From an uncultured delta proteobacterium (GTDB lineage: Bacteria; Desulfobacterota; Syntrophobacteria; BM002), in the NCBI GenBank assembly GCA_963712115.1, contig CAVQGX010000037.1:55739-119738 (forward strand): a DNA stretch of 64,000 bases, written 5' to 3'. Positions 8,254-17,274 of the stretch are shown piece after piece. The translations under genes were made by a program, and so were the position numbers. Position 1 is the first letter of the stretch, and every line of letters starts with the position of its first letter. A model generated the notes under the pieces. The model made no database searches, was not told where the DNA came from, and saw nothing but the letters and a program-made list of their open reading frames with translations.

Positions 8254-8492
8254 TGCTTGGATAGCATAATAAAAGAGTTGGATTGGACAGGGTGAGTTCC
8301 TCGACAAAGCTGCATATTCGCATCAGTTGGACTAAGGTTAATGGTTTTACAGCATGGCTGCCGCCGACGCAGACGAAAGTCATTCCAGGCTGCCGGAGCA
8401 ATACACCGGTGGCTCAGATACACTTTGCCTCGGAGCACCTCCTGTCCAAAGAAAGCTCTGGCATAAATGGTCTATAGCTGTTCATCCAAGCA
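8254..8492 (+). repeat. Family-A ~240-nt nested inverted-repeat element, copy 2
   Basis: Outer pairing is TGCTTGGAT (8254-8262) with ATCCAAGCA (8484-8492), 9/9 bp. The inner helix is GACAGGGTGAGTTCC.. (8286-) with ..GGAGCACCTCCTGTCC (-8447). The conserved 3' half is gccgacgcagacgaa..cattccaggctgcc..ggctcagat..cctcgga. Confidence 0.65.
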
Positions 8493-8596
8493 AGTTCCTG
8501 AAGAAGCTTAATTAGATTCATAATGTAATTGTTTGTATCACCAATCTTAAAATAAAAGGAAAGCCAGCTACGCTGGCAGAGAATATTTAGACCCAA

Positions 8597-11500
8597 GTGA
8601 AAACACTTAAACGAATCCTTGTGGCAGCACTCGGTCTGCTGGGTGCTGCATTTCTGGCAATTATCTTAACCTATCTCCTGGTTGACGACGCCACCCTCTT
8701 TGGCCAAATAGTCAAACAACTGGAATCGTCGTCAGACATCCAGGTCCTGCACCGGGGTGATGCCCACATCACCCGCACCTTGGCACCGACCCTGACCGTG
8801 GATGATCTGGTCATCGCGGATAAGGGTAGACAGTACCGGGTTGAAGCCGCCTCTCTTGAGGTGCAGATCAGCCTGCCGAGATTGCTCCTTGGGAAGTTGG
8901 ACATACCACATCTGATCATCGGCCCCACCCGCGTGGAAATCAAGGAAGATGAATCATCCACCAAGCCGGCGGCCGCGCCGGAGCCGAAGCCTGGTGCAAA
9001 GCTTTGGCCACTGCCACTCAAGCCGGTATTGCATGATATCCGGATTTCAAAAGTGGAAATCATCCATAAAGGTGGCGCAGTGCTACTGCCGGGAAGCCAT
9101 GTAAGTGAATTCACCCTGGAGTTGAAATCTGACAACACTCTGGAGTTGAGGGGCAAGGCAGAGCTTGCCCATCAGAACATCGATGTCAATGCCGTACTGA
9201 AGGATGTGGACGAATATTCAGGCGGACAGCCCCTGGCGTTCTCTTTTGGCTTGGAAAGCACGCTGTTCAATCTTTCTGTGGATGGCCATATCGATTTTGA
9301 ACAACCCGATCCGATTGTCGAGGCAACGGTGCGTGGCTGGACACCGGATGCTGAAAAGATTGTAACGGGTAGTCAGCGTATTGAGATTCCCGGCAAATTG
9401 ACCTTTGGAGCGCAACTGAAGGGTACTTTCTCCCGGCTACCCATGGAGGAGATCAAAGCAACATACCATGGCCCCGAACAATCCGCTGTGGAACTGAAAG
9501 GTAGGATCGCCAATGTTATTGAGCTCGAAGGGGTGCAGCTCAACCTGACCGGCAAACTGGACGACCCGGCCTGGTTAACGCCACTGCTGCCGGAAAGCTT
9601 GGGAGCGATAAAAGGTGCCAGTGTATCGGCGCAGATCTCCGGCGGTTATCCAAGCTTTACGGTCAAGGATTTTGATTTTGAAGGCAAAACGGAGCAGGAC
9701 CTGGACCTGTCGCTGTCCGGGAAGTTTGATCTGGCCCATTCCTCAACCGGTCTGGAGCCGGTAAACATTCAGGCTCAATTGGTATTTTCCGCCCCGACCA
9801 CCCGGGCAGCAAGATTTTTGATTTTTGAAACAATACCGGAATTTGGCGCCATTACCGGCAAGTGCGATGTTCACTCGGCCGTGGGTGACCCATCGCTAGT
9901 GAACATTGTGGTTCAAACCAAAGATGAGAGCTCCATTCAGGCAAACCTCAGCGGTGGGATTGCCCAGTTTCCCCTGGCGGACCGACCCAACAGGGGCTAT
10001 GATCTGGACGTGTCCATGCAAGCAACAGAAGGTGCGGTCCTGGCTAAAAGGGTGGGCCTGGAACTGCCTGAGTTCGGGCCCCTGGATCTGAACTTCAAAA
10101 TCGAAGGTTCCACCCTGGCGTTGAAACTCAATCAGATCAAGCTGTCCGGAGGCAAGGAAGAAGGAGTGCGGATCGGTGCCCAGGGGGAAATGTCATTTGC
10201 TGACTGGGATCAGGCCGACCCTTTCAAGACCATCGACCTGAAGCTACAGGCACAAAGTCGCACTACCCAACTACTCTCCCCTTGGATCGGGCAGGAACTG
10301 CCCGAGCTGGGCCCACTCAGCGGTGAGGCCCGCTTGCATACGGTCTCCGGCCGACACCGAATCGACCAGATTAAGATCCAGACCACCGAGACCGCACCAC
10401 TAACCGTCGCAGTCTCCGGTTCAGCCGAGCATGTCACCCTGCTGCCGGAGTTGCGTATCCGGGAGATCCAACTGGATGCCAACGGCAGCACCGATGATAT
10501 TGGCAAACTAAATGCGGTATTCGGTTTGAAGGATGGGATTCCCTCGATTGGGCCACTCAAAGCGCAGGCGCACATATCCGGCGATGATAAAAATTTTGTC
10601 ATCGATGAAGTGTCAATGGCAGCCGGTAAGGAAGATGTTCTGCTGGTGAACCTGAGCGGCCGGTTGGGAGAGCTCAGTTCTGCCAATAAATGGCAGCCCC
10701 AGGATACCAGTCTTACCATCCAGGCCAATTCCAGCAGCAGCCGTGGGCTTGCCGGAAAACTGGGCTACAGTATTCCGGAGCTGGGCCCCCTTTTCGCCCA
10801 GGCCAACATCCGCGGCAAGAAGAAGGTCTCCATGGACTCCGCCCAGCTCAGGCTGGGAGACAAGGATAAACCGGTGGTGAAGGCCACAGGTTATATCAAC
10901 GATCTGTTTGCCATGCAGGGGGTCAAAGGGGATGGACAGCTGCATTTGGATGGCCGTCGCTTTGCGGCCTTTGCCGATTTAGACAAACTGCCAGAGCTTG
11001 GTCCTCTAACCGGCCAGGTGAAAATCTCGGACAGTGATGGATCCCTGGGTATTGATTCCCTTCAGGTCGAAAGCGCGCAGCCGGAACTGCTGAGCCTGAA
11101 GGTGAACGGCAGCTTTGACAATTTCAAAGACCCCTCCACCTGGCTGGTCAACAGCAGCCTGACTGCCCGGGACCTGCAGCTCATTGGCGCAATCTTTGAT
11201 CGTCGATGGCCGGCCATCGGACCGGTGCAACTCGATAGTCAGATAAAAAAAAGCGACGCAGGCAAGGAATTCAACGGTACGCTCACTGCAGGGAAAACCG
11301 AGGTAGAGACAAAGCTAAAGGCACTCTTTGAAACGACTCCCATGAGGATAAGCGGTACTGTCAAGGCCCGGAAGATGCTCGTGTATGAACTGTTTGAGAA
11401 GGAGAGGGAGGGAAAGAAAAAGAAATCTTCAAAGAAGGAGCACGTATTTAGCCGTGAGCCCATAGACTTTGGCTGGTTGAAAAAAGTCGATGTGGATGTT

Positions 11501-12368
11501 GCCATTGAAGTGGAATCCTTTGCTAAAGAGCAGTTTCTAGCCAATTCCGCCCAGTTCCAGGTGAAAGTCAAATCAGGTGTACTGTCCATCAGCCCGGCTC
11601 GTTTTGTCTATGCAAAGGGAAAACTCGACATGGATCTGGAGCTAGATGTACGGGAGCATCCCCGGTTGACCTTCAGAGCCTTCGGCAAAGACCTCGATCC
11701 CCGGCGGGCCCTGGATATCCAGGATTACAAAGAAGAACTTCAGACGGAGATGAATATTGACCTCTCCTTTAGCACATCCGGGCTGACTCCCCACGAACTG
11801 GCCTCAAACAGCCAGGGTAGCATCTACATAACCATGCAAAACGGCAAGATCGCTGCCCCACTGATTGATCTGGTTTTTTGGGATGTGGCGGGCTGGGCCT
11901 GGAAAAAAGCGACAGATCAAAGGTATTACGATTTAGGTTGCGGGGTGGCCGATTACAGCATCGAGGAAGGGGTCATCTCGACGAGGGCCTTTATACTCGA
12001 CACCGAGAACATTACCATTACCGGCGGGGGGAACCATCGATCTGGGTGGTGAGAAAGTGGAATACTTCTTTCTGCCAAAGAAGAAATCACTCAAAATTAT
12101 TCAAAAAGCCGATCCGGTGAATATCGAGGGCCCCTTGAACAATCCCAAAGTGAAGACGATTCCCTGGAAATCGGCCGCCATCACTGCGGGCAAGGTTGGT
12201 GGGATTATTTTTGCTCCCTTTATTTTCATCCCCCTCACCGCAGCCGACTACCTGGCAGGCCAGGTGACAATCAAAGATGGAAAATCGGCCTGCCTGGAAT
12301 ATCAAAAGGCCCATGAATTGGAAAATAGGCCGCGTGAGAGAACAACTCCAAAGGAGCAAAACAAATAG
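8597..12368 (+). pseudogene. AsmA-family outer-membrane biogenesis protein, reading frame broken once (+1) in a G6 run
   Basis: GTG start with signal-anchor 'MKTLKRILVAALGLLGAAFLAIIL'. ORF 8597-12052 ends '..ITITGGGNHRSGW*'. Skipping one G of the run at 12026-12031 gives '..ITITGGGTIDLGGEKVEYFFLPKKK..', which continues into ORF 12057-12368. That is the usual AsmA C-terminal 'G.IDLG.E.L.' region. Confidence 0.8.
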
Positions 12369-12393
12369 AATGGTTAGCAGTTCAAATCCAGCT

Positions 12394-14142
12394 TTACCTT
12401 CCCGGGGCAGGCAGGTTTTCACATGTTACCCACCTGATGCTCGGGGTTTTAAACCTGGACCCCGTCGGTTGGTCCTTTTCCAGAGCGAGGGCCGCCTCAT
12501 TCTTCTGGTAAAATGAGACCGGTTCATAGGTCCAGCCACTGGCCAGTCGCTTCTCTTCCTTTTTCAGGGTGAGATAAAGATATCTTCCCATGAGGGGGGC
12601 GGCAATCCTGGTTGTCCAGCCAAAGGTCTTATACAAGTCTTTCACCAGGGAATCCATTTTTTTCTCCATCCGCCCATCTTGGCTGTACCACTTTCTCATT
12701 GCCCAAACGGCACCGGCATAAGCGGTACGGAGCGGCCTCACTTCCCAGGCAAAACGATGGCGAATTCGTTTTGTCGGATGGTCTTTATAGCGCTGCCAGC
12801 CCTTGAGGAAGGTTCGGATCAACCGGGCGAGACTGGGTCCGTTGACCTCGAAATCGCGCCTGAAGGCATCGACAATATACTGCTCCTCCCGGCCTCCGGT
12901 AATATGAGGATGGCGATAATTGAAGCGATATTGACCGTGAGCGTCGGCGAGAGAGAATGTATCTTCCGCCAGGAGGGTCCCGTCTTTTGAATGCTTTTCG
13001 TACAGGGGAGTTCCGGGAATGGGAGTGTACAACATGAACTGGTGAAAATCCGTATCATGGCTGACGGCATAGTCGATAATCCGCTCCATAGCCTCGGGTG
13101 TGTGGTTTTCCAGACCGATGATGGATGATCCCAAAACGCGTATACCGTGAGCCTGTAAGGACCGCACCAGTTCCAGGGTGTCAACTTCCTTGAGTTTTCT
13201 GTAGGAGCTTGCCTCTCCTTCAAGGCCCATCCACACCCAGGAGATCCCCAAGCCTACCAACTGCTCGAAGGTGTATGACTGCAACACACGGGCAGAGCTG
13301 AAAACCATAAGCGCCCAACTCTTTTTGTGTTGCTCCATCAGTTCAAGGAGCCGCAGCGCCCGCTTCCGATGGAGGAGAAAATTCTCGTCCATGGTAAAAA
13401 AGGACCGGACCTTGAGTTTTTCTTCCAGCTGACACATGACGGCAAAGAGGTCGTCGCCGGTTTCATAAAAATTAATATGCTTCCCCTTACCCCCGAACAG
13501 GGCCGAGGTTGAACAGAAATTACAACCCACGGGACAGCCCACGGAGGGAATGAGCATGGCCGCCGTGTTTCCCGGCCGTAACGGAAGGGAAATACCCATA
13601 ATACGGGCACCGAATCCCGAATGCACCATGGGATGCCGAATTGGCGCATCTTCGTCTTCTCCCAGAAATCGACGAAACCAGCGGACGCCTTCGCCTCTAC
13701 AGATATGATCGGCGTCGATGCTATCAGCGATATTGTCCTTGTTGGCGACATGTCCGCCCACCACAATCGTCGCACCCGGCTGGTGTTCCCTGATGACTTC
13801 GCACATTTTCTTCACTTTGCCGATATTTGCAACAATCGAGCTGATGCCGACGATATCGTAGGAATTTTCCCGGATTTCGGAGACAAAGCGATTGAGGGAG
13901 GGAAAATCCAAAAGCGTACAGGGGGCATCGATATTGGATTGAATCATCATCAAGCCGAAGGAGCGGTGAAACATGCGGAGGGAAAAGCCGCCCTGAACCC
14001 TGGTGACTTGATTCTGATAGAGTTCCATGGGGTTGATTTTTCGGCTTCCATATTCATCGTCTTGGGCGTACGGTCCGAAGACGCTGGATAGCAGAACCCT
14101 TGCCCTGGTGGAGCGGGGGTGGACCGGGTGTGTTGTCTTCAT
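12394..14142 (-). CDS. B12-binding (class B) radical SAM enzyme
   Basis: 582 aa. N-terminal cobalamin-binding Rossmann-like segment 'YDIVGISSI..ATIVVGGHVA'. Radical SAM CxxxCxxC motif 'VGCPVGCNFC'. Confidence 0.85.
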   Translation of the reverse strand: MKTTHPVHPRSTRARVLLSSVFGPYAQDDEYGSRKINPMELYQNQVTRVQGGFSLRMFHRSFGLMMIQSNIDAPCTLLDFPSLNRFVSEIRENSYDIVGISSIVANIGKVKKMCEVIREHQPGATIVVGGHVANKDNIADSIDADHICRGEGVRWFRRFLGEDEDAPIRHPMVHSGFGARIMGISLPLRPGNTAAMLIPSVGCPVGCNFCSTSALFGGKGKHINFYETGDDLFAVMCQLEEKLKVRSFFTMDENFLLHRKRALRLLELMEQHKKSWALMVFSSARVLQSYTFEQLVGLGISWVWMGLEGEASSYRKLKEVDTLELVRSLQAHGIRVLGSSIIGLENHTPEAMERIIDYAVSHDTDFHQFMLYTPIPGTPLYEKHSKDGTLLAEDTFSLADAHGQYRFNYRHPHITGGREEQYIVDAFRRDFEVNGPSLARLIRTFLKGWQRYKDHPTKRIRHRFAWEVRPLRTAYAGAVWAMRKWYSQDGRMEKKMDSLVKDLYKTFGWTTRIAAPLMGRYLYLTLKKEEKRLASGWTYEPVSFYQKNEAALALEKDQPTGSRFKTPSIRWVTCENLPAPGR

Positions 14143-14323
14143 GATGTGGTTCCTCTTTGGGGTGATCTGTTTTGCCGATTTGTGAGCTGGATCTTAATAC
14201 AGTAAGGAAGAGGAAAGATAGGCCCCCCGCAAGGCTTTTACAAAAGTTTTACAATCAAAATGTCAAGAAAATGGTACGGATTTGCAAGTTGACAGAACTT
14301 CTAGCGTATTGTAGTTCAACTAA

Positions 14324-15280
14324 ATGCTTAATCGATCAAAGTGGTTTTTTCACCCAATCTTTATTTTTGTTTTTTCCATCCTAGCCCTGGCTACGTCTCT
14401 GGGTCTTTATATCTACTGGTATGTGGAGATCAGCAAGGGGCTCAAGTCAGTGGTGCACACATTTAGCCTCGACAAGTCCCAAATCTTTGCGCCCCAGACA
14501 TGGGTGGTGATTCTCACTCTTTCGATTCTCGTCGGCATCATTCTGGTGGGGGTTTTCATTATCTTTGTATACAATCAAAAATTGATCCAGCTCTACAGGA
14601 TGCAAAATAACTTCATCAACAGCTTTACCCACGAACTGAAAACACCCGTGACCTCACTGAACCTCTACCTCGAGACCTTTCTACGCCACGAGCTTTCCAG
14701 GGGAGAGCAGATCAAGTATGTTCGCTACATGCTCCAGGACGTAAACCGTCTTGCGAGCAATGCAACCCGTATCCTCAACCTGGCGCGGATCGAGAGCAAG
14801 AGCTTTGAGGGGGAGCTAGTCAAATCCGACCTGGTTGAGACGGTCAAACGGTTTTACCATAACAATCACCATATGTTTCAGGATTGCGAAATCAATATCC
14901 ATAATCCGACGGGGCGATCCTTCCTTTACCCCATAAATGTTTCATTGTTTGAAATGCTGTTGATGAATCTCACGACAAACGCCACCAAGTACAATGACTC
15001 AGATGTGCCCAGGATCGATATTACCTTTTCACCACAAAAACGAAAATTGCACATCCAATTTAAAGACAACGGCATAGGAATCGAAAAAGGTGAAGCAAAA
15101 AAGATTTTCAGAAAATTCTATCAGGTGGGCAGGGCGGACGACATGAGCGCCAGGGGAAGTGGAATCGGCCTGTATCTGGCACAACACATCGTAAGGATTC
15201 ATCAGGGCAAGATTGTCGCTCAGAGCGAAGGTCTAGGGAAGGGATCGACATTTTCCGTCATCCTGCCCTTCAGATCATGA
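14324..15280 (+). CDS. membrane sensor histidine kinase
   Basis: Two N-terminal TM segments. H-box 'SFTHELKTPVTSL', N-box 'LMNLTTNATKYN', G1 'DNGIGI', G2 'GSGIGLYLA'. Confidence 0.85.
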   Translation: MLNRSKWFFHPIFIFVFSILALATSLGLYIYWYVEISKGLKSVVHTFSLDKSQIFAPQTWVVILTLSILVGIILVGVFIIFVYNQKLIQLYRMQNNFINSFTHELKTPVTSLNLYLETFLRHELSRGEQIKYVRYMLQDVNRLASNATRILNLARIESKSFEGELVKSDLVETVKRFYHNNHHMFQDCEINIHNPTGRSFLYPINVSLFEMLLMNLTTNATKYNDSDVPRIDITFSPQKRKLHIQFKDNGIGIEKGEAKKIFRKFYQVGRADDMSARGSGIGLYLAQHIVRIHQGKIVAQSEGLGKGSTFSVILPFRS

Positions 15281-15292
15281 GGAGCTGATTGT

Positions 15293-16024
15293 ATGGGAGA
15301 TGGTGGGAAAAAACATATCCTTATCATCGAAGACGACATACACATAGCGGAGGGAATGAAACTCAACCTGTCGCTGCAAAAATATGAGGTCACCATTGCG
15401 ACAGACGGTCCGTCCGGCCTGCGACGATGGAAAGAGGCACAACCAGACCTGATCGTGCTGGACATCATGCTTCCCGGCATCGACGGATTAACGGTGCTGC
15501 AGAACATCCGCCTGGAAGACGAGCGCATCCCCATCCTGATAGTCTCGGCCAAGGGAGCACCGGACGAAAAAATCAAAGGTTTTTCATATGGGGTTGACGA
15601 TTATATGTCAAAGCCCTTCAATCTTGACGAGTTCCTGCTGCGCATAGAGCGACTGATGACCAGGTCATCCTGGTACCGGGACGAAGGCGAGCCGGACAGG
15701 GCCGGACTCGACTCGTCGCCCCGGACATACGCATTCGGTGACAATCTCATTGATTTTAGCACCTGCACGGCCCAGTGTAAGTGCGGACAAGTGGTTCTGA
15801 GTGAACAGGAAGTCAAGCTCCTGAAACTCTTTATCTACAATCGGGGGAAACCCCTGTCGCGAGGGAAACTTCTGGAAATCGGCTGGGGCTATACAAAGGA
15901 CACCACCACGAGAACCGTGGACAATTTTATCGTGAGATTACGGAAGTATTTTGAAGACAACCCGAAAAAACCCGTCTATTTCAAAAGCCTCCGATCGGTT
16001 GGCTACCTCTTCGACCATGATTAG
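15293..16024 (+). CDS. OmpR-family response regulator
   Basis: GAGGAG RBS, 12 nt after the kinase stop. Receiver 'ILIIEDD..DLIVLDIMLPGIDG..SKP'. Winged helix 'TRTVDNFIVRLRKYF..LRSVGY'. The linker is long, Cys-containing and acidic. Confidence 0.9.
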   Translation: MGDGGKKHILIIEDDIHIAEGMKLNLSLQKYEVTIATDGPSGLRRWKEAQPDLIVLDIMLPGIDGLTVLQNIRLEDERIPILIVSAKGAPDEKIKGFSYGVDDYMSKPFNLDEFLLRIERLMTRSSWYRDEGEPDRAGLDSSPRTYAFGDNLIDFSTCTAQCKCGQVVLSEQEVKLLKLFIYNRGKPLSRGKLLEIGWGYTKDTTTRTVDNFIVRLRKYFEDNPKKPVYFKSLRSVGYLFDHD

Positions 16025-16204
16025 CGGAATCAAATCAAAAAGCCAGTTGATCCCGCTTAATGATTCGACCCCACTCATTGACAAATGAGATCATTTAAGC
16101 TTTAGTTGGCTATAAATCACTTAATGTGAGTCAATCAAAAACAGGCACCGCTCTTTTTGAGGATTCAGCAGAAAGCTTGAGGGGCCTTTTGATTGGGGGA
16201 GTTA

Positions 16205-16423
16205 ATGCCAAAGGAAGACGCAATAGAGGTTGAGGGGACGGTGGTGGAGACTCTACCCAATGCCATGTTTCGGGTGGAGTTGGCCGATGGCCACCTGGTC
16301 CTGGCGCATATCTCCGGAAAAATGCGCAAGTATTACATCAAGATTGTTACCGGAGACAAGGTGACAGTTGAACTGTCACCCTATGATTTGACTCGAGGAC
16401 GGATTACCTTTCGGGTTAAATAG
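16205..16423 (+). CDS. infA: translation initiation factor IF-1
   Basis: 72 aa, '[62 protein letters not shown]'. I use the ATG at 16205, which is in frame within the track ORF starting at 16193. Confidence 0.95.
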   Translation: MPKEDAIEVEGTVVETLPNAMFRVELADGHLVLAHISGKMRKYYIKIVTGDKVTVELSPYDLTRGRITFRVK

Positions 16424-16467
16424 ATGTTATTTTAGAAAGTAAGCAAAGACTACTCAAATTTTTTCAC

Positions 16468-16496
16468 TTGATCCCTGCATTTTTTTGTATTATATG
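16468..16496 (+). promoter_or_regulatory. candidate sigma-70 promoter for csp
   Basis: TTGATC (16468-16473), a 17-nt spacer, then TATATG (16491-16496). This would give a ~100-nt leader, which is usual for csp genes. Sequence match only. Confidence 0.35.
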
Positions 16497-16597
16497 AAAC
16501 GATTTCGTTCGCAAGTCGGCTGGGCTTTTGAGGAAAGTTTCCTTTGCCAGGGTGGCGGCCTGAGACTTGGAACAATACTTTTTGGGAGGTCAACACT

Positions 16598-16798
16598 GTG
16601 GCAGAAGGGACTGTTAAATGGTTTAGTGAGCAGAAAGGTTATGGTTTTATTGAGCAAGATGAAGGAGGAGACATATTTGTCCACCACTCCGAAATCAACA
16701 TGGCCGGTTTTAAAACCCTTTCTGAAGGGGACCGGGTGAGCTTCGAGGTGGGAGAGGGCACGAAAGGGCCCGCCGCCAAGAACGTCACGAAGCTCTAG
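16598..16798 (+). CDS. cold-shock protein, CspA family
   Basis: GTG start 8 nt after GGGAGG. 66 aa, '(M)[32 protein letters not shown]', containing the RNP1/RNP2 motifs. The longer track ORF from 16544 adds a non-homologous extension. Confidence 0.9.
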   Translation: MAEGTVKWFSEQKGYGFIEQDEGGDIFVHHSEINMAGFKTLSEGDRVSFEVGEGTKGPAAKNVTKL

Positions 16799-16820
16799 TT
16801 GCCAGCATCACATTTATCAC

Positions 16821-16862
16821 GGGCATCTCGTTTGATTAGGAAGAGATGCCCTTCGTGTTTTC
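16821..16862 (+). terminator. intrinsic terminator of csp
   Basis: GGGCATCTC (16821-16829) pairs with GAGATGCCC (16843-16851), followed by TTCGTGTTTT. Confidence 0.75.
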
Positions 16863-16920
16863 TGTCGACACGAGGATTTTTGAACCGTTAGGTTCAGAGA
16901 TCCATGAAAGGTGGTACAAT

Positions 16921-17094
16921 TTGCATAGTTTTGAAAGCAGGCTAAGGCAGCTCAAGAAAGACTTTCAGAGGAATGTCGGACCTTCTATAAGGAGGCATCG
17001 TTATTATCTGAGTAAGGGCGAAAGAAGCAGACTCAAACACGAGAAAGCTATAAAGCGCTTGAACAAGAAAAGATCGAGAAGAGTTTACCGATAG
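16921..17094 (+). CDS. divergent ribosomal protein S21-like protein
   Basis: '..HSFESRLRQLKKDFQRNVGPSIRRHRYYLSKGERSRLKHEKAIKRLNKKRSRR' aligns by eye with the E. coli S21 segment '[48 protein letters not shown]'. TTG start at 16921, 6 nt after AGGTGG. The in-frame ORF extends up to the ATG at 16846, but that codon lies inside the csp terminator stem, so the start is uncertain. Confidence 0.5.
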   Translation: MHSFESRLRQLKKDFQRNVGPSIRRHRYYLSKGERSRLKHEKAIKRLNKKRSRRVYR

Positions 17095-17157
17095 AATTCA
17101 CTTAAATATAAGTTTGACCTCAAGAGTTCGCCTATCCGCATAAAATCTCTAAAAACA

Positions 17158-17199
17158 AAAGCGACTGGTCGCTGATGTTGCCAGCCGCTTTTTATTCTT
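17158..17199. terminator. bidirectional intrinsic terminator (S21-like gene on +, gcdH on -)
   Basis: AAAGCGACTGG (17158-17168) pairs with CCAGCCGCTTT (17181-17191) with one mismatch. An A-tract lies on the left and a T-tract on the right. Confidence 0.6.
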
Positions 17200-17262
17200 T
17201 GGCGTCCCCAAGAGTACTCCCGGTTTACCCCAGTTTTTGTCTGCGTCTCAGGCAACACCAAC
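17200..17262 (+). repeat. Family-B dispersed element, copy 1 (conserved core only)
   Basis: tggcgtccccaagagtactcccggtttaccccagtttttgtctgcgtctcaggcaacacca is about 90% identical by eye to the first ~61 nt of 32386-32497. It is also related to 37178-37288 and 44461-44572. Confidence 0.7.
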
Positions 17263-17274
17263 AACAAAAACAAC

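Noticed and set aside
8671-11589. Minus-strand ORFs inside the AsmA-family gene (for example 8671-9156, 10210-10728, 10613-10945, 11239-11589).
   Set aside because: These are antisense shadows of a 3.7-kb coding region. They are Ser/Pro/Arg-rich and have no recognisable motifs.
12020-12060. Programmed ribosomal frameshifting at the AsmA G-run.
   Set aside because: There is no slippery heptamer or downstream stimulatory structure, and a +1 event is required. A simple homopolymer indel (error, mutation or phase variation) is a more economical explanation.
16846-16920. The ATG at 16846 as the start of the S21-like gene (as in the ORF track).
   Set aside because: The codon lies within the 3' arm of the csp terminator stem and has no RBS. 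I retain it only as a possibility in the finding.
17200-17216. Family-B start 'TGGCGTCCCCAAGGGT' as a sigma-54 promoter (TGGCAC-N5-TTGCA).
   Set aside because: The -12 GC element is missing at the required spacing (GG is found where GC is needed). The same holds for TGGCGTCAGGAAGTTGTGC at about 21483, where the spacing is 2 nt too long.
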